From Marsupella aquatica (lineage: Eukaryota; Plantae; Marchantiophyta), in contig OZ316898.1 of the NCBI GenBank assembly GCA_973895155.1, positions 5,319,079 through 5,383,078 on the forward strand: a DNA stretch of 64,000 nt, given 5' to 3'. The translations under genes were made by a program, and so were the position numbers. The notes below the pieces were generated by a model. That model had not been told where the DNA came from. It was given only the letters and a program-made list of their open reading frames with translations, and made no database searches. Positions 48,859 to 61,050 of the stretch are shown piece after piece; positions within the stretch are counted from its first letter, which is position 1; the number at the start of each line of letters is the position of its first letter.

Positions 48859-51800
48859 AGCTTGAAGGTCAAAGGTATGTAATATAAGGTGAAAGGTACA
48901 TCAAAGGTATGTAAGAATTTTGTAACCAAATTAGTCGCAGAGGTAGGCCTATTATTGCTGTCATCTAGCCAGCTTGCAGTTCCATTGGATTTGAGCTCAC
49001 ACACTTAGATTTTATCAATTCCTTTTTAGAGAAATTGTTCGGGTAGAAAATGATCAGATAACATAGCAGCTGAACAAGAACTTGTCAGTGGTGTTTGTAG
49101 CTGACTCTAAGTCTTGGAAGACTGTTTGTAGCTGATTCCGGCAAAGTCTTGGAAGTCTACTGTTTTGGGAAGTGCAACCTGCAATTGTGATATAGTAACT
49201 GACCAAATTCCAGCATTGTATACGGAAGGTAGTTGGTCAAACCATGGTACCATACATTGTCATTTCAATTCCAGATCTATGGAGTCACTTTACTTTTGAA
49301 AGGATAATTTCTTTCACCAGCATAATCTGGTGATAAACTGCGTCATTGTTTAGCTTAACATGATTCTGCTGTTGAAATGATCATGGTCCAAAATCACAGC
49401 GCAGTAGTTGCATAGTTTCTTTGTCAAATGATGAGGTGACACCAAGCTGGTGTGATGCAGTTGGGATGATTTCTTAATTCACTTCTCCCAGAGCCCATTT
49501 TGGAAGAGATCTCAATAACTTAGTATCCCCTCACTCTGGTGTCAGCAAACGTGGACCGTCCGTCCTCAACTAAGAATGTCCAGTGGTAAACCTCAGTTTA
49601 CAAATAAGTCCAACATCAACCATTGCCAACCCTGGTTGACGGCTTCGGTTGTGTCTGCCTAACTGTCCACTGCCCTGCCCTACTACTACTACTACTTACT
49701 TCAACTCTTTCTTTGGGCAAATTGCTTCTTCCAGGGTTCTGGTTTGACATTGGCTTGTCACCTCTACTGGCAGTTGGAAGTTGCTCATGGGTGTGAAGTG
49801 ACCTGCCCAACTCTTTCAAAGTGGGCAGTGATTGGCTGTGCTAATGTCGTAGCATTTAACACAATTTTTGGAGTCTGTTGGAACTCTAGCTTCTGTTTGC
49901 GATTTAATAGTAAGACCTCAGTGGATGCAAGATTCAGGTTTTTCTTTAAGGTAGAGTGGTCAAGATGTGCTAGTATCCAGACTACTAACGTCCTTTCATT
50001 CATATGAAGATCGAAACTTTGAAACTGTCATGGCTTATATGAAGGTTGCAACTCTTCCCTAACCAATCAGAGCACACAACTTAAATTAATTTTACTTTAT
50101 TAAGGGATTGGCACGACCATTATTGGACTTCGATAGCCTTTGCTATGCTCATGAACAATGCTAAATATTACAGTTTAGGCTAAGGAAAAGCAAAGACAAA
50201 TCCTGACTCCAAAAAGTCAAGATAAACAGTGCCCTGTTTATCATTGCAAAGCTATATGCCGCAACCAAGTTACATTTTCTAAAATTTGGTTTTTTTCATG
50301 AGACAAACTTTTAATGTCATTTCCCTAAATAAAACAGCCCTACAATTAGTTTCATCTCCACTTAGCTCAAAAATAAATTAGACATTTCTTTTCTTATAAT
50401 TCTACCCCTTTAAAAATCAACAATTCCATATGTGACAAAAGCCGAGCAATGTTTGAAATGTTTTCTAAGACAATAGAAGCAATTTGCTACAATTTTCTCT
50501 AGGTGTCTTAACATAGTCCTCTTATAAATCTTTGATGGGGAATTGAACCCCAAACTGCAAGTTGCAGTCTTCCAAGTAGAGAACCCCCGCTCCCCCCTAA
50601 CCTACCCACTAACCCTAAACCTTGCCCACCATCCCAATGCCCCAGCCATTTCAAAGACACAAAAGACAAAATTTGAAATGGAATAAATACTTTACAAATT
50701 CCTGTGCAATGACTCACTTTTCACCTTGCTAAGAGATTTTCTAAAGGATATCCTCTCCTTCCTCCTCTCACTAGTTTGGCCCCTGTCCACATACACAGCA
50801 ATTGGAACTATTTTCTCAGGGTTAGAGGACAATAGTATCAGCTCTCCACTATCTTTCACCCTTCTGTTTTGCTTTCCTCATTCCTGCAAGAGTCTGTTCA
50901 TCCAGAAATTAAGTAACCATTCCAGATAATCATTCTTAGGGATCCTATAGGAGTGTCTTGGTATGCTACAAGACAAAGTAGAAAGTTATGTTCCAGGATG
51001 AGTATGCTATAATTGCAAAACTTACAAATAGATGTTAGAAATTTGAGTTTAGTAATATTGTTTTCTTGATTTGTGACCAAAAGGTAGATCTGTTTTTTGG
51101 TTTAAATTTAAAATTTGCGTTTTTGAAATTTGACCTTGTGATCCATTAGGGTGGTTTTTGGCGTTGAGTCACTGTTTTGGGCGCGTGTGGCCCTCGGCTT
51201 GGTTTGTTGTCTGCCTCCCTGGTCTTCGCCGCGGTGGCTTTTCTAATGAACGCAAAAAGTAGATCTGTATATTGTAGGGATCTTGATTGTAGAATTAAAT
51301 GACTCTCAAATAAATTAGACAACTTGAACAAATCTTACTGGCCATATCACCCTTTGGCACCAAGGTTGGGCAATGTCAAGTTTTCAAAATCACTTCCCAC
51401 AGCCCTTCCACTCTCCTTTTTCAAGTTGAGTGTTATCCTGAAATGACGAACGGCTGAGATTGGCTCCACATTTTTTGGAGATCAAAGGGAAGCCTTCAGA
51501 CACCTGAGGTTGAGGGTTAATGGTTTACTCCCCTAAATCCTCAACCCTGAACCCGGAAACTCTCAACCTTGAACCCTCAACTCGCAATTCCCATGAAACT
51601 CTCAAGTAACCCTGAACCAGGATGACCCAAATCCCCACCTGAACACAAACTGTCCACTCACAACCCTCAAAACCCAAACCACCAGGGCACTCTCCATGGA
51701 ATGAGTGCCCAACAATTATATTTGATAGGGCTTTCCTCATTAAATTTTTGTATAGCCATTGGGGATATCGTTCTCCTGCAATCAATCTGGTAATGAGACA

Positions 51801-53789
51801 ATTGCAATCAGATCTTGAGACAATTGAAGAGTCGTAACTGTGGATGTATTCTCTCACACGACCACCGAATCTTAGTTTTTCTTATTTTGGGTTAAGTTTT
51901 CTCTGAGTGATGCAGATAGCTTTGGCTATTGAGAATCTCTCAGGCCATCATCGTGCAGTAGATCTGTTTCTTTACCTCACCTCAATTGGATCAGCGGTAC
52001 AACTGTTTTGAGAAAACTGTTGTGAGATGGGACCCCCTGTCGAATCGCAGCTTGAATTTGGGATAGCGCAGTTCGGCTCACTTCGCTGGGCTCAGTTCAG
52101 CTGAATTCCAAGTGATGGATCAAGGTTTGTGCGAGAAAATTCGAGGGATAGATGCGGTCAAACCGTGTCCCTTCTCAAGATTCCTCCTCCTCGCCACCAA
52201 GATCTCTACTGAATCCATGGAGATTCCCGGTGGTTATCCCAAATCCTGGGCTGTCGCAAGCTAACAGTGCTGGTAGAATTCACAATCTGCTGAGGATTAC
52301 TCGTCGTAGCTCATTATTTAATGTTGCTGAAATTAGGAGCTGGTACCGAGCTATGTGTAGCTGCATGCTGACGAATCCAGTGATTCCTATTTAGGTTCGT
52401 GTTACAACTTTTACACGGCCTCTCGCGACGTCCTTTGAGCAGAGAATTCGTAGTCAGGCCCTAGCTATACTTGATGTTCTTCTGCGTTTCAACCGTAAAT
52501 TGTTGGGCAACAATACTTCTCAACTCTTAGTGCCCAAGGAAGCGGGAGAGAATCTCTTTGGCAGTGCGGGATACATTTTCGTCTCCCCATCCTGCTTCAA
52601 GTCTTGTTCAATTCTTGGGTGACGTCTCTTGCTGCCTGCAATTATGTGCATTTGCCTTTTTTTTCCAGACATGTAAAACTTTAAAAGGATATCTCCGCTT
52701 ATGAGCTTCTTGCCCATCACAATCTAGATCAATTTTGTTTCCACTTGCTTCAAGTTGTTGTTCTGAGGAAATTGTCGAGCCTGCCCAATTTGCTACTTAC
52801 ACTGTCTGGATATCATTTGTTCACAAGTTCTTCGTTGAAGAAATGTCGTCAATTTTTCGTTTGGTCTGCAGGACAATTCGGTTGGAAAGGGTTCTTTCTT
52901 GGAGGGCGATGAACAAGAGCACTTTCGCCAACGTTTTTCAGAGGGTAACGTGCAGATATGACGGTCGTTGCTTTGAGCTTTGGAAGGATACCTTTTACTC
53001 GCAAAACTTGGAGTGTTGATTCTCAAGTTTGGTTGGCAAAGCTGGGATAATTCTTGAAAGAGTACAGCAATTCTTATTACTTATTTCAGGGCGAAGTGAT
53101 CCTGGAGAAGTATTGCTACTGCTATCCTTATAAGAGTTCCTCCAACTGTTACGTCAAACTGAGATTCCTCTGCCCGGGCAAGGCTTTCCCAACAGAGCCT
53201 TCGCTTAGTGAATTTTCTTGCCTTACTCCAAGGGGAACGAAAGATGAGACTTGAAATTTGAGGGCTCTGCAAGATTGCACTACTTTGACTGATCTGAAAG
53301 TTTGTCAAGCAGGTAAGATCATATTTCTCACAACGGTACCGTTAAGCTCTCTATTCCCGGCGCGGGAACGGAGGATGGAAATTTTGGATATGGACCGCTT
53401 TTGGCAACACTCCACAGCCAGGTATGATATATTTTGTATGCATGTCATTTTGTTGGATCACGATGTGACCAAACATCCTTGAATACATTCTCAACAAAGA
53501 CGTTTGATTTGCAGAGTTCATTCTTCATGTTCCGGTTTGGTTGGTATTGGCAGCAGCCCTTGTTCTTGTACAAGGCCTCCAGGTAATGAGACTGAAGAGC
53601 GATTAGAACGTTGTGCGTACCACTTTTAATCAAAAACTCTTGTTCCAGCACCATGGTGTGATATTTCTATTCGCATGAATTTCCTGCTATGAGGCTTATG
53701 TGATGAAGACTTGACTTGAACTTCAAGTTTGATTCTTTGTTCATCTCCAAGGAAGCACAGGGAAGGTGGGTTGTGGGGCGGGGGGGGGG

Positions 53790-53997
53790 GGGAGGGGGGC
53801 GCTGTCACATTCGTGTCATATGTGTCTGTCGACGGATTTTATAAGAGCCAATTTAGATATTGCTGGATAAGCTTTATTTCTGAATTGTAGGGAGAGGGAG
53901 GGGGGCGCTTTCGCATTCATGTCATTTGTGTCTAATCACAATGGATTCTCTAGAGCCAATCTAACGATGCTGGCTAGGCTTTATTTCTGAATTATAG
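53790..53997. repeat. ~110-bp tandem duplication preceded by a long G-run
   Basis: GGAGGGGG(G)CGCT...AGAGCCAAT...GCTTTATTTCTGAATT occurs twice. Confidence 0.65.
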
Positions 53998-54617
53998 TCT
54001 CCTTATAAAACCTGAGATTATGGTTTGTGTATTGCATAGACAGGACAGTGTAGGGAACGTACAAATGTACACCTGCGAAGGTGCCCTAAGATTCTATCCT
54101 ATACACAAACCAAGGATAACATGTGACTGCTTGCAGAAGTTGTTTTGGTGCCAATTCGACTGGCTCTTGACTCTGACCTTTCTATGGTTACAGTGAAACA
54201 CCGGAGTATGAAGGAGCTAATTCATATTTGAGCTACCTGGATATGCCTTTCACAATTATTTCAGTTTCTATTCTAAGATCATTGCATTCTTGACAGATAG
54301 CCGTTACTCTCAGTTGAAAAGGAGTCAGATAACTTCTGCAAGTTATCTGTACCAAAGATCACAGCAGAGCAAGGGAGACAAGAAAACGCATCTTTGGACG
54401 GAGGTAGGAATGCACCCTAGAACTCCATAGACTTATGGGTCTGCTCTCTACTTCTGGACATGCATTGTAGAAGATCATTGGGAAACATAGTCCTCAAGGA
54501 ATAAGTACAAGTTCACTGCATCTCGTGGAATCTCCTGGATTTTATCCTGGTACCAGATCTGATCGTGGGTTGTAGTGCTGACAGAGGAAGGCCAGAGCAC
54601 CTGAGTTCAATCGTAAG

Positions 54618-57600
54618 ATGACAAGGAAAGCACTTTGGGTGGATGGATGGTCAACTCCAGCATGGGTTAAGCCAAGGGAGAATTTGATAACTCACTGCAG
54701 ATTTCATTCTCATGTTAGTTATTCCACGAGAGAGCGGTCTCAAGTCACTGCAAAAGGGAATGGCAGTAGGCATTTGCGTGATGCTAGTACCACTAGTGAA
54801 ACAATTGCTGTTTTAAAAGATCGTCTCCAGCGAGGCATCACTATAGACTCGTACACATATGTCGAAATTTTGCAAATATGCTTGCAACAGAAAGACCTTT
54901 CGGCAGCCAAGCAAATTCATGATTGCATCATCGAGAGTGGAATGGATAAGAATCCATATGTGGCAGTCACGCTCTTGAATGTGTATATCAAATGCGGAGG
55001 ATTGTTAGATGCACGTCGAGTTTTTGATCAACTTGAGAAGAAGAGTGTTATTACCTGGAGCGCGATGATAGCAGGATATGCTAATAGTGATTGTACTGAA
55101 TCTGTACCGGAACTTTTTAATCAAATGCTCCAAGAAGGCGTGCAGCCAAATGAGATCACATATCTGAGCATCCTGAAAGGATGTGCCAGCCCATTAGCTC
55201 TAACTTGCGGAAGAGAAATTCATGAGCGTATTCGACATGCCGGCTTTGAATCAGACGTGCGTATAGGCACTGCCCTCCTACTGATGTACGCAAAATGTGG
55301 GTGCATCACTGAGGCAAGGATAGTTTTTGAAAAGTTGACCAATCGAAATCTCATTACATGGAATATTATGATTGGAGCATATGCAGAGCGTGGTGATGGT
55401 GTGGAAGCATATCGACTGTTTCTACAAATGAGACGTGAAGGCTTTGAACCAGATGCATTTACTTATGCTAGTATTCTCAATGCATCAGCAAGTGAGGGGG
55501 CTTTGGAATGGGTGAAGGAAGTTCATAGCCATGCTAGCAAAGCGGGACTGGAATCAGATTTGCGTGTGGGCATTGCACTAGTTCACAGGTATGCACAGAG
55601 CGGCAGTATAGATGACGCCCGACTGGTTTTTGACAGAATGAGGAAACGCGATGTAGTCACATGGAATGTAATGATCGGTGCACTTGCACAACATGGATGT
55701 GGGCATGAAGCATATCGATTGTTTCTGCAAATGAGACGTGAAGGCTCCGAGCCAAATGCAATCACTTATGTGAGCATCCTGAATACATCTGCAAGTGCGG
55801 GTTCTTTGGAGTGGGTGAAGGAGGTTCATGGGCATGCTAGCAAAGCGGGACTGGATTCAGATTTGCGGGTAGGCAATGCACTGGTTCATATGTATGCAGA
55901 GAGTGGGAGTATAGATGACGCCCGATTTGTTTTTGACAGAATGGGGAAACGCAATGTAGTCACATGGACTGCAATGATCGGTGGACTTGCACAACGTGGG
56001 TGTGGGCATGAAGCATATCGACTATTTCTACAAATGAGACGTGAAGGCTTCGAGCCAAATGCAATCACTTATGTGAGCATCCTGAATGCATCTGCAAGTG
56101 AGGGGGCTTTGGCATGGGTGAAGGAAGTTCATGGGCATGCTAGACAAGCAGGACTGGATTCAGATTTGCGTGTAGGCAGTGCACTAGTTCACATGTATGC
56201 AGAGAGTGGCAGTATAGCGGACGCCCGGCTCGTTTTTGACAGAATGGGGAAACGCGATGTAGTCACATGGAATGTAATGATCGGTGCACTTGCACAACAT
56301 GGATGTGGGCATGAAGCATATCGACTGTTTCTCCAAATGCGACGTGAAGGCTTCGAGCCGAATGCAATCACTTATCTGAGCATTCTGAATGCATCTGCAA
56401 GTGCGGGTTCTTTGGCGTGGGTGAAGGCGGTTCATGATCATGCTAGCAAAGCAGGACTGCTGGAGTCAGATTTGCGCGTAGGCAATGCGCTGGTTCACAT
56501 GTATGCAGAGAGTGGCAGTATAGATGACGCACGACTTATTTTTGACAGAATGGGGAAACGCGATGTGGTCACATGGAATGTAATGATCGGTGCACTTGCA
56601 CAACATGGATGTGGGCATGAAGCATATCGACTGTTTCTGCAAATGAGACATGAAGGCTTCGAGCCAAATGCAATCACTTATGTGAGCATCCTGGATGCAT
56701 CTGCAAGTGCGGGTTCTTTGGAATGGGTGAAGGAGGTTCATGGGCATGCTAGCAAAGCGGGACTGGATTCAGATTTGCGTGTAGGCAATGCACTGGTCCA
56801 CATGTATGCAGAGAGTGGCAGTATAGATGACGCCCGACTTATTTTTGACAGAATGGGGAAACGCGATGTAGTCACATGGAATGTAATGATCGGTGCACTT
56901 GCACAACATGGATGTGGGCATGAAGCATATCGATTGTTTCTGCAAATGAGACGTGAAGGCTTCGAGCCAAATGCAATCACTTATGTGAGCATCCTGAATG
57001 CATCTGCAAGTGCGGGTTCTTTGGAGTGGGTGAAGGAGGTTCATGGGCATGCTAGCAAAGCAGGACTGGATTCAGATTTGCGTGTAGGCAGTTCACTGGT
57101 TCACTTGTATGCGGAGAGTGGCAGTATTGATGATGCCCGACTTACTTTTAACAGAATGGGGAAACGCGATGTAGTAACATGGACAGTAATGATCGGTGGA
57201 CTTGCACAACATGGATGTGGGAATGAAGCCCTGGAGCTGTTTAGAAAAATGACCTTGGAAGGTGTGAAGCCGGACGTGTATTCATTCGTGGCAGTGTTGT
57301 CAGCATGTTCTCACGGAGGCCTTGTTGATGACGGCCGTAGAGTCTTTTCAGCTATGACGCAGGATTATGGCATCGAGCCTCACATTGTGCATTATAATTG
57401 CATGGTGGATCTTCTTGGGCGGGCTGGACACTTGGAGGAAGCAAAACTCTTCATTAGTGACATGCCAGTTGAACCAGATGCAGTTACTTGGAAAGCCTTC
57501 CTTGGGGCTTGTAGAACTTACGGTAATGTGCAGTTGGGCGAACTTGCCGCTGAAGAGATTCTGAAGTTTCAACCCAATGATGCCTCTACGTATGTGCTCC

Positions 57601-58094
57601 TCTCCAACATCTATGCTGGAGCTGGTAAGTGGGAGAAGATGTCATTGGTGCGCACCATGATGCAAGACAGAGGTATTCGGAAGGAGCCAGGGCGTAGCTG
57701 GATTGAAGTTGATAAGAAGATCCATAAATTTGTTGTAGGGGACAGATCTCACCCCGAAGCGAGGGCGATATATACGGAGCTCAATAAATTGATTGAAAAA
57801 CTGAAGGCTGAAGGCTACGTTCCGGATACCCGACTTGTGTTGCACGACATCAATGAGAAGGAGAAAGAACTAGCGCTTTGCTCTCATAGTGAGAAGTTGG
57901 CTATTGCTTACGGACTTATGCACATACCTCGGGGAAAACCAATTCGTGTTTGGAAAAACCTTCGGGTGTGTTCAGATTGCCATACTGCAACCAAGTTTAT
58001 CTCTAAGGTGACTGGACGCAAGGTTATAGCCAGGGATGCCATTCGCTTTCACCATTTTAAAGATGGCATATGTTCTTGTGGAGATTACTGGTGA
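54618..58094 (+). CDS. PLS-class PPR protein with E1-E2-DYW deaminase domain (organellar C-to-U RNA editing factor)
   Basis: About 26 P/L/S motifs, the PG box PGRSWIEV, HSEKLA, CSDC and a terminal DYW. The coding ORF has no introns. Confidence 0.97.
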   Translation: MTRKALWVDGWSTPAWVKPRENLITHCRFHSHVSYSTRERSQVTAKGNGSRHLRDASTTSETIAVLKDRLQRGITIDSYTYVEILQICLQQKDLSAAKQIHDCIIESGMDKNPYVAVTLLNVYIKCGGLLDARRVFDQLEKKSVITWSAMIAGYANSDCTESVPELFNQMLQEGVQPNEITYLSILKGCASPLALTCGREIHERIRHAGFESDVRIGTALLLMYAKCGCITEARIVFEKLTNRNLITWNIMIGAYAERGDGVEAYRLFLQMRREGFEPDAFTYASILNASASEGALEWVKEVHSHASKAGLESDLRVGIALVHRYAQSGSIDDARLVFDRMRKRDVVTWNVMIGALAQHGCGHEAYRLFLQMRREGSEPNAITYVSILNTSASAGSLEWVKEVHGHASKAGLDSDLRVGNALVHMYAESGSIDDARFVFDRMGKRNVVTWTAMIGGLAQRGCGHEAYRLFLQMRREGFEPNAITYVSILNASASEGALAWVKEVHGHARQAGLDSDLRVGSALVHMYAESGSIADARLVFDRMGKRDVVTWNVMIGALAQHGCGHEAYRLFLQMRREGFEPNAITYLSILNASASAGSLAWVKAVHDHASKAGLLESDLRVGNALVHMYAESGSIDDARLIFDRMGKRDVVTWNVMIGALAQHGCGHEAYRLFLQMRHEGFEPNAITYVSILDASASAGSLEWVKEVHGHASKAGLDSDLRVGNALVHMYAESGSIDDARLIFDRMGKRDVVTWNVMIGALAQHGCGHEAYRLFLQMRREGFEPNAITYVSILNASASAGSLEWVKEVHGHASKAGLDSDLRVGSSLVHLYAESGSIDDARLTFNRMGKRDVVTWTVMIGGLAQHGCGNEALELFRKMTLEGVKPDVYSFVAVLSACSHGGLVDDGRRVFSAMTQDYGIEPHIVHYNCMVDLLGRAGHLEEAKLFISDMPVEPDAVTWKAFLGACRTYGNVQLGELAAEEILKFQPNDASTYVLLSNIYAGAGKWEKMSLVRTMMQDRGIRKEPGRSWIEVDKKIHKFVVGDRSHPEARAIYTELNKLIEKLKAEGYVPDTRLVLHDINEKEKELALCSHSEKLAIAYGLMHIPRGKPIRVWKNLRVCSDCHTATKFISKVTGRKVIARDAIRFHHFKDGICSCGDYW
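55554..57200 (+). repeat. Near-identical 303-nt S-P-L triplet repeats (5 full plus a partial)
   Basis: The TCAGATTTGCG anchor occurs at 55554, 55857, 56160, 56466, 56769 and 57072. One unit carries an extra Leu codon. Confidence 0.93.
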
Positions 58095-58879
58095 CCACAT
58101 TGAAAATTGTGTTCGAAAGTGCCTCGGAAGCAAATAAAGAACAATTTTAACTCCTGCATTCTGTCAGTTTTGCGAAGTTTATGAAGCGCAAATTTGAGAG
58201 GGGATACATGAGGAGAGAGCTGGCCCCTTTTAGCTACTGTCTACTCCCTAAATCCTCAAGAGTGACTAAGTAACCTTCTTCTCCCTTACAATCTGGGTGG
58301 GCAGTGTACAGCACTTCTTTTCCACATAGATCTCCTTCAATGTACCGTGAATTCTGGTGAGCTTGGACGATGACAACCATAACTGCTACCAAGCTCTTTG
58401 CATTAAGTTGGCTTCGAGCTTCTCTCTGCTGGGGCTATCGGTATAGGACTTTTGGAAGATCTAGAGCTGATACTTGTTGCTTGGGAGTTCTCAGGACGGC
58501 ATCCAAGCTATTGGGTAAATGGGACAATGACTGGGATCGCTGGACCGCAACTGTTCTGGACGAGCACTTGTTGGAATGGTCTTGGATGAATATGCAGCTT
58601 CTCAAAGTATGTTCGTGATGTCAGGAAATCCATGCGAGTTGAGCAAAACGAGTTTGTTATGCGTAAGTTGTCTCTGATATACAAAGGAAAACATGAGGGA
58701 GGGCTTTACGTCAGTAGCGGACAAGATCTTGTACATATCTACATATCTCATTAAAAATGGACCTTATAAATAATATGACCCGTCTGGGCTTCCATTCTTA
58801 GGTTCACTCATACATACCACTGATATTGAGGATTATATCTCATTAAAAATGGACCGTATAAGTATATGGTCTACTAGCC

Positions 58880-59230
58880 GATTTGCGTGTAGGCAATGCG
58901 CTGGTTCACAGTGTGGCAGTATAGATGACGCCCGACTTATTTTTGACAGAATGGGAAAAAGCGATGTAGTCACATGGAATGTAATGATCGGTGCACTTGC
59001 ACAACATGGATGTGGGCATGAAGCATATCGACTGTTTCTCCAAATGAGAAGGCTTCGAGCCAAATGCAATCACTTATGTGAGCAGCATCCTGAATGAATC
59101 TGCAAGTGCGGGTTCTTTGGAGTGGGTGAAGGAGGTTCATGGGCATGCTAGCAAAGCGGGACTGGATTCAGATTTGCGTGTAGGCACTGCACTGGTTCAC
59201 TTGTATGCGGAGAGTGGCAGTATTGATGAC
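58880..59230 (+). pseudogene. Decayed PPR triplet fragment derived from the adjacent gene
   Basis: Nearly identical to the 303-nt units, but has frameshifting deletions (GTTCACA^GTGTGGC, ATGAGA^AGGC) and a 3-nt insertion. Confidence 0.9.
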
Positions 59231-59477
59231 GCTTCACTGGAATACTACTTTCAACAGCACACAACAAATCTTTACTCACTACTCCACTACTTCAATCCAG
59301 ATCTGCAAACAAAATTTTGGTTAAGAAACTTCCTCAAGTCTATGCGGAGAGTGGCAGTATTGATGACGCTTCACTGGAATACTACTTTCAACAGCACACA
59401 ACAATTCTTTACTCACTACTCCACTACTTCAATCCAGATCTGCAAACAAAATTTTGGTTAAGAAACTTCCTCAAGTC
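59204..59477. repeat. 137-bp tandem duplication spanning the junction of the PPR fragment
   Basis: 59204-59340 matches 59341-59477 with one visible mismatch. Confidence 0.92.
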
Positions 59478-60600
59478 GTCAAAAGCCGAGTGCAGTGTTT
59501 CTTGTAGACTCCTGACACGCTTCATTATTTCATATTACAGAATTGGCATGATCAGGGTCCTTGACCAAGAAACAGCTCAATTTAAATGTGCAAAATGATA
59601 TCAGACGCCCCCATTTTTCACAAGGCCTGGTCTATCTGATGGCCTGTCTGTCATCAATTCCAAACTCATGTAAGAGATTCTGTTATTTCTCTGGAATTGT
59701 ACAAAATGAGGCCAAGATATGTACTACGTAAACGAGTGCACTCCCAATGGACTTGGTCAGCCCAACCAGGCCTCACTTCAGATTTTTGCCTGGCAGACTT
59801 TCAGGCTTGCTGTATTTCTGCAAAACATTCCCAACAAAAATTTAGGTTATAAGCTCTCTTCTGAAGCACTGAAGTATGAAACAGAAAACAGTATAGGACT
59901 TATATCACTGAGAGGGTTTACCAAAAAATTGCCATTCCCGAAAATCAGAACAAAAAAAAGTAAGTAGAGTTGGCAGGGTGTGGAACTCTGACATTGACTC
60001 AAAACAGCTTGGGTGCTGATGGGAATCAGACGGAGACAATGGCAAATTTACTTATAGGGTATTCGGATGACTCCTCCGATGACTTAACTAAGCCTGTTTG
60101 TCAGACGGTGACTCTTCTTTCCAGACTAATTAACAATACGTAAGCCAGGTGGTCCAGGCTAGAGACCATACCAGGAGGTTTCCTCTCCTTACCACTGTGA
60201 TTGACTGAAATCCAATCACTGATAGACGTGATTCCAAAACCCAGTTCGCGGAACCCTAGAAAATCATATATGTCTAAATAGCAACCAGAAAAAGGGAGAA
60301 AGAACTGACACAATTCAAGGCATCACCCGACATGGAAAAAAATTCACTGATTACTTCTGGAGAGCGGAGACGAAAAGTGTCGACCAATTCCAAACCAATT
60401 ATGGAAGCTCAATTTCAAGACTGCAAATTGAGATGGGGACAAGTGACTACGGATGTCCGGAAACATGAAAACCAACAAACCGAGTACCATTGCCAGATGA
60501 TGCACGAGACGGTAAAACCTTTCAACGTCGTCTCCAAAAGGATCGCAATTCACAGCAAGGTCAAAGATTGGAACTGGAAACGAGAAAGAGAAAACCACAC

Positions 60601-60696
60601 CTCCCACAACAATGAGAGCGCCGCGGTTGTCACGAACACTGCCCCGACCATGACGACGGGGCCCGTAGCGAGACTCCATCTGGTGGAGATCACCAT
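60601..60696 (-). CDS. Putative exon 1 of a small single-pass membrane protein (MVISTRWSLATGPVVMVGAVFVTTAALSLLWE|GT)
   Basis: Good start context (GGCAATGG), a hydrophobic stretch and a phase-0 GT donor. It is the best-conserved part of the inverted repeat. A possible exon 2 lies at 59559-59530 (DPDHANSVI*). Confidence 0.4.
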
Positions 60697-60963
60697 TGCC
60701 GCTTCCTGCGTGAGGCGATCGCACTGAAGTAGAGCTTTGCCCGATTTCAATCTCTGCTGCGCGAAATCGAACAGAATTGCATCCACACCAAAAGCTCAGA
60801 AACGCATTCTCTCGAGTCGCGACTCGATACGAATTGGTCATTTCCTTCCCGTCCATCTGGGTTCCATGGAAGCCCCCCAAAAGTTATTTACACACCCCCA
60901 CCCGCACAAACCTCCCCCCCTCACCACTATTAGTGTTAAACATCTATCTAAGAAAGGATTTAA

Positions 60964-61050
60964 AGTTAAGATAAAGGCCTATGGCTAGAGTTAAGATAAA
61001 GGCCTATGGTCTAGAGTTAGGATAAAGGCCCATGGTCTAGAGTTAAAGGC
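60964..61050. repeat. 25-26-bp tandem repeat (AGTTAAGATAAAGGCCTATGG(T)CTAG), ~3.4 copies
   Basis: Seen directly in the sequence. Confidence 0.85.

Noticed and set aside
53054-54600. Upstream coding exons extending the PPR N-terminus
   Set aside because: Splice-like sites and an open in-frame exon (~54297-54403) exist, but no in-frame ATG could be linked to them. Treated as 5' UTR exons.
55578-57050. Repeated small minus-strand ORFs
   Set aside because: Shadows of the PPR triplet repeats.
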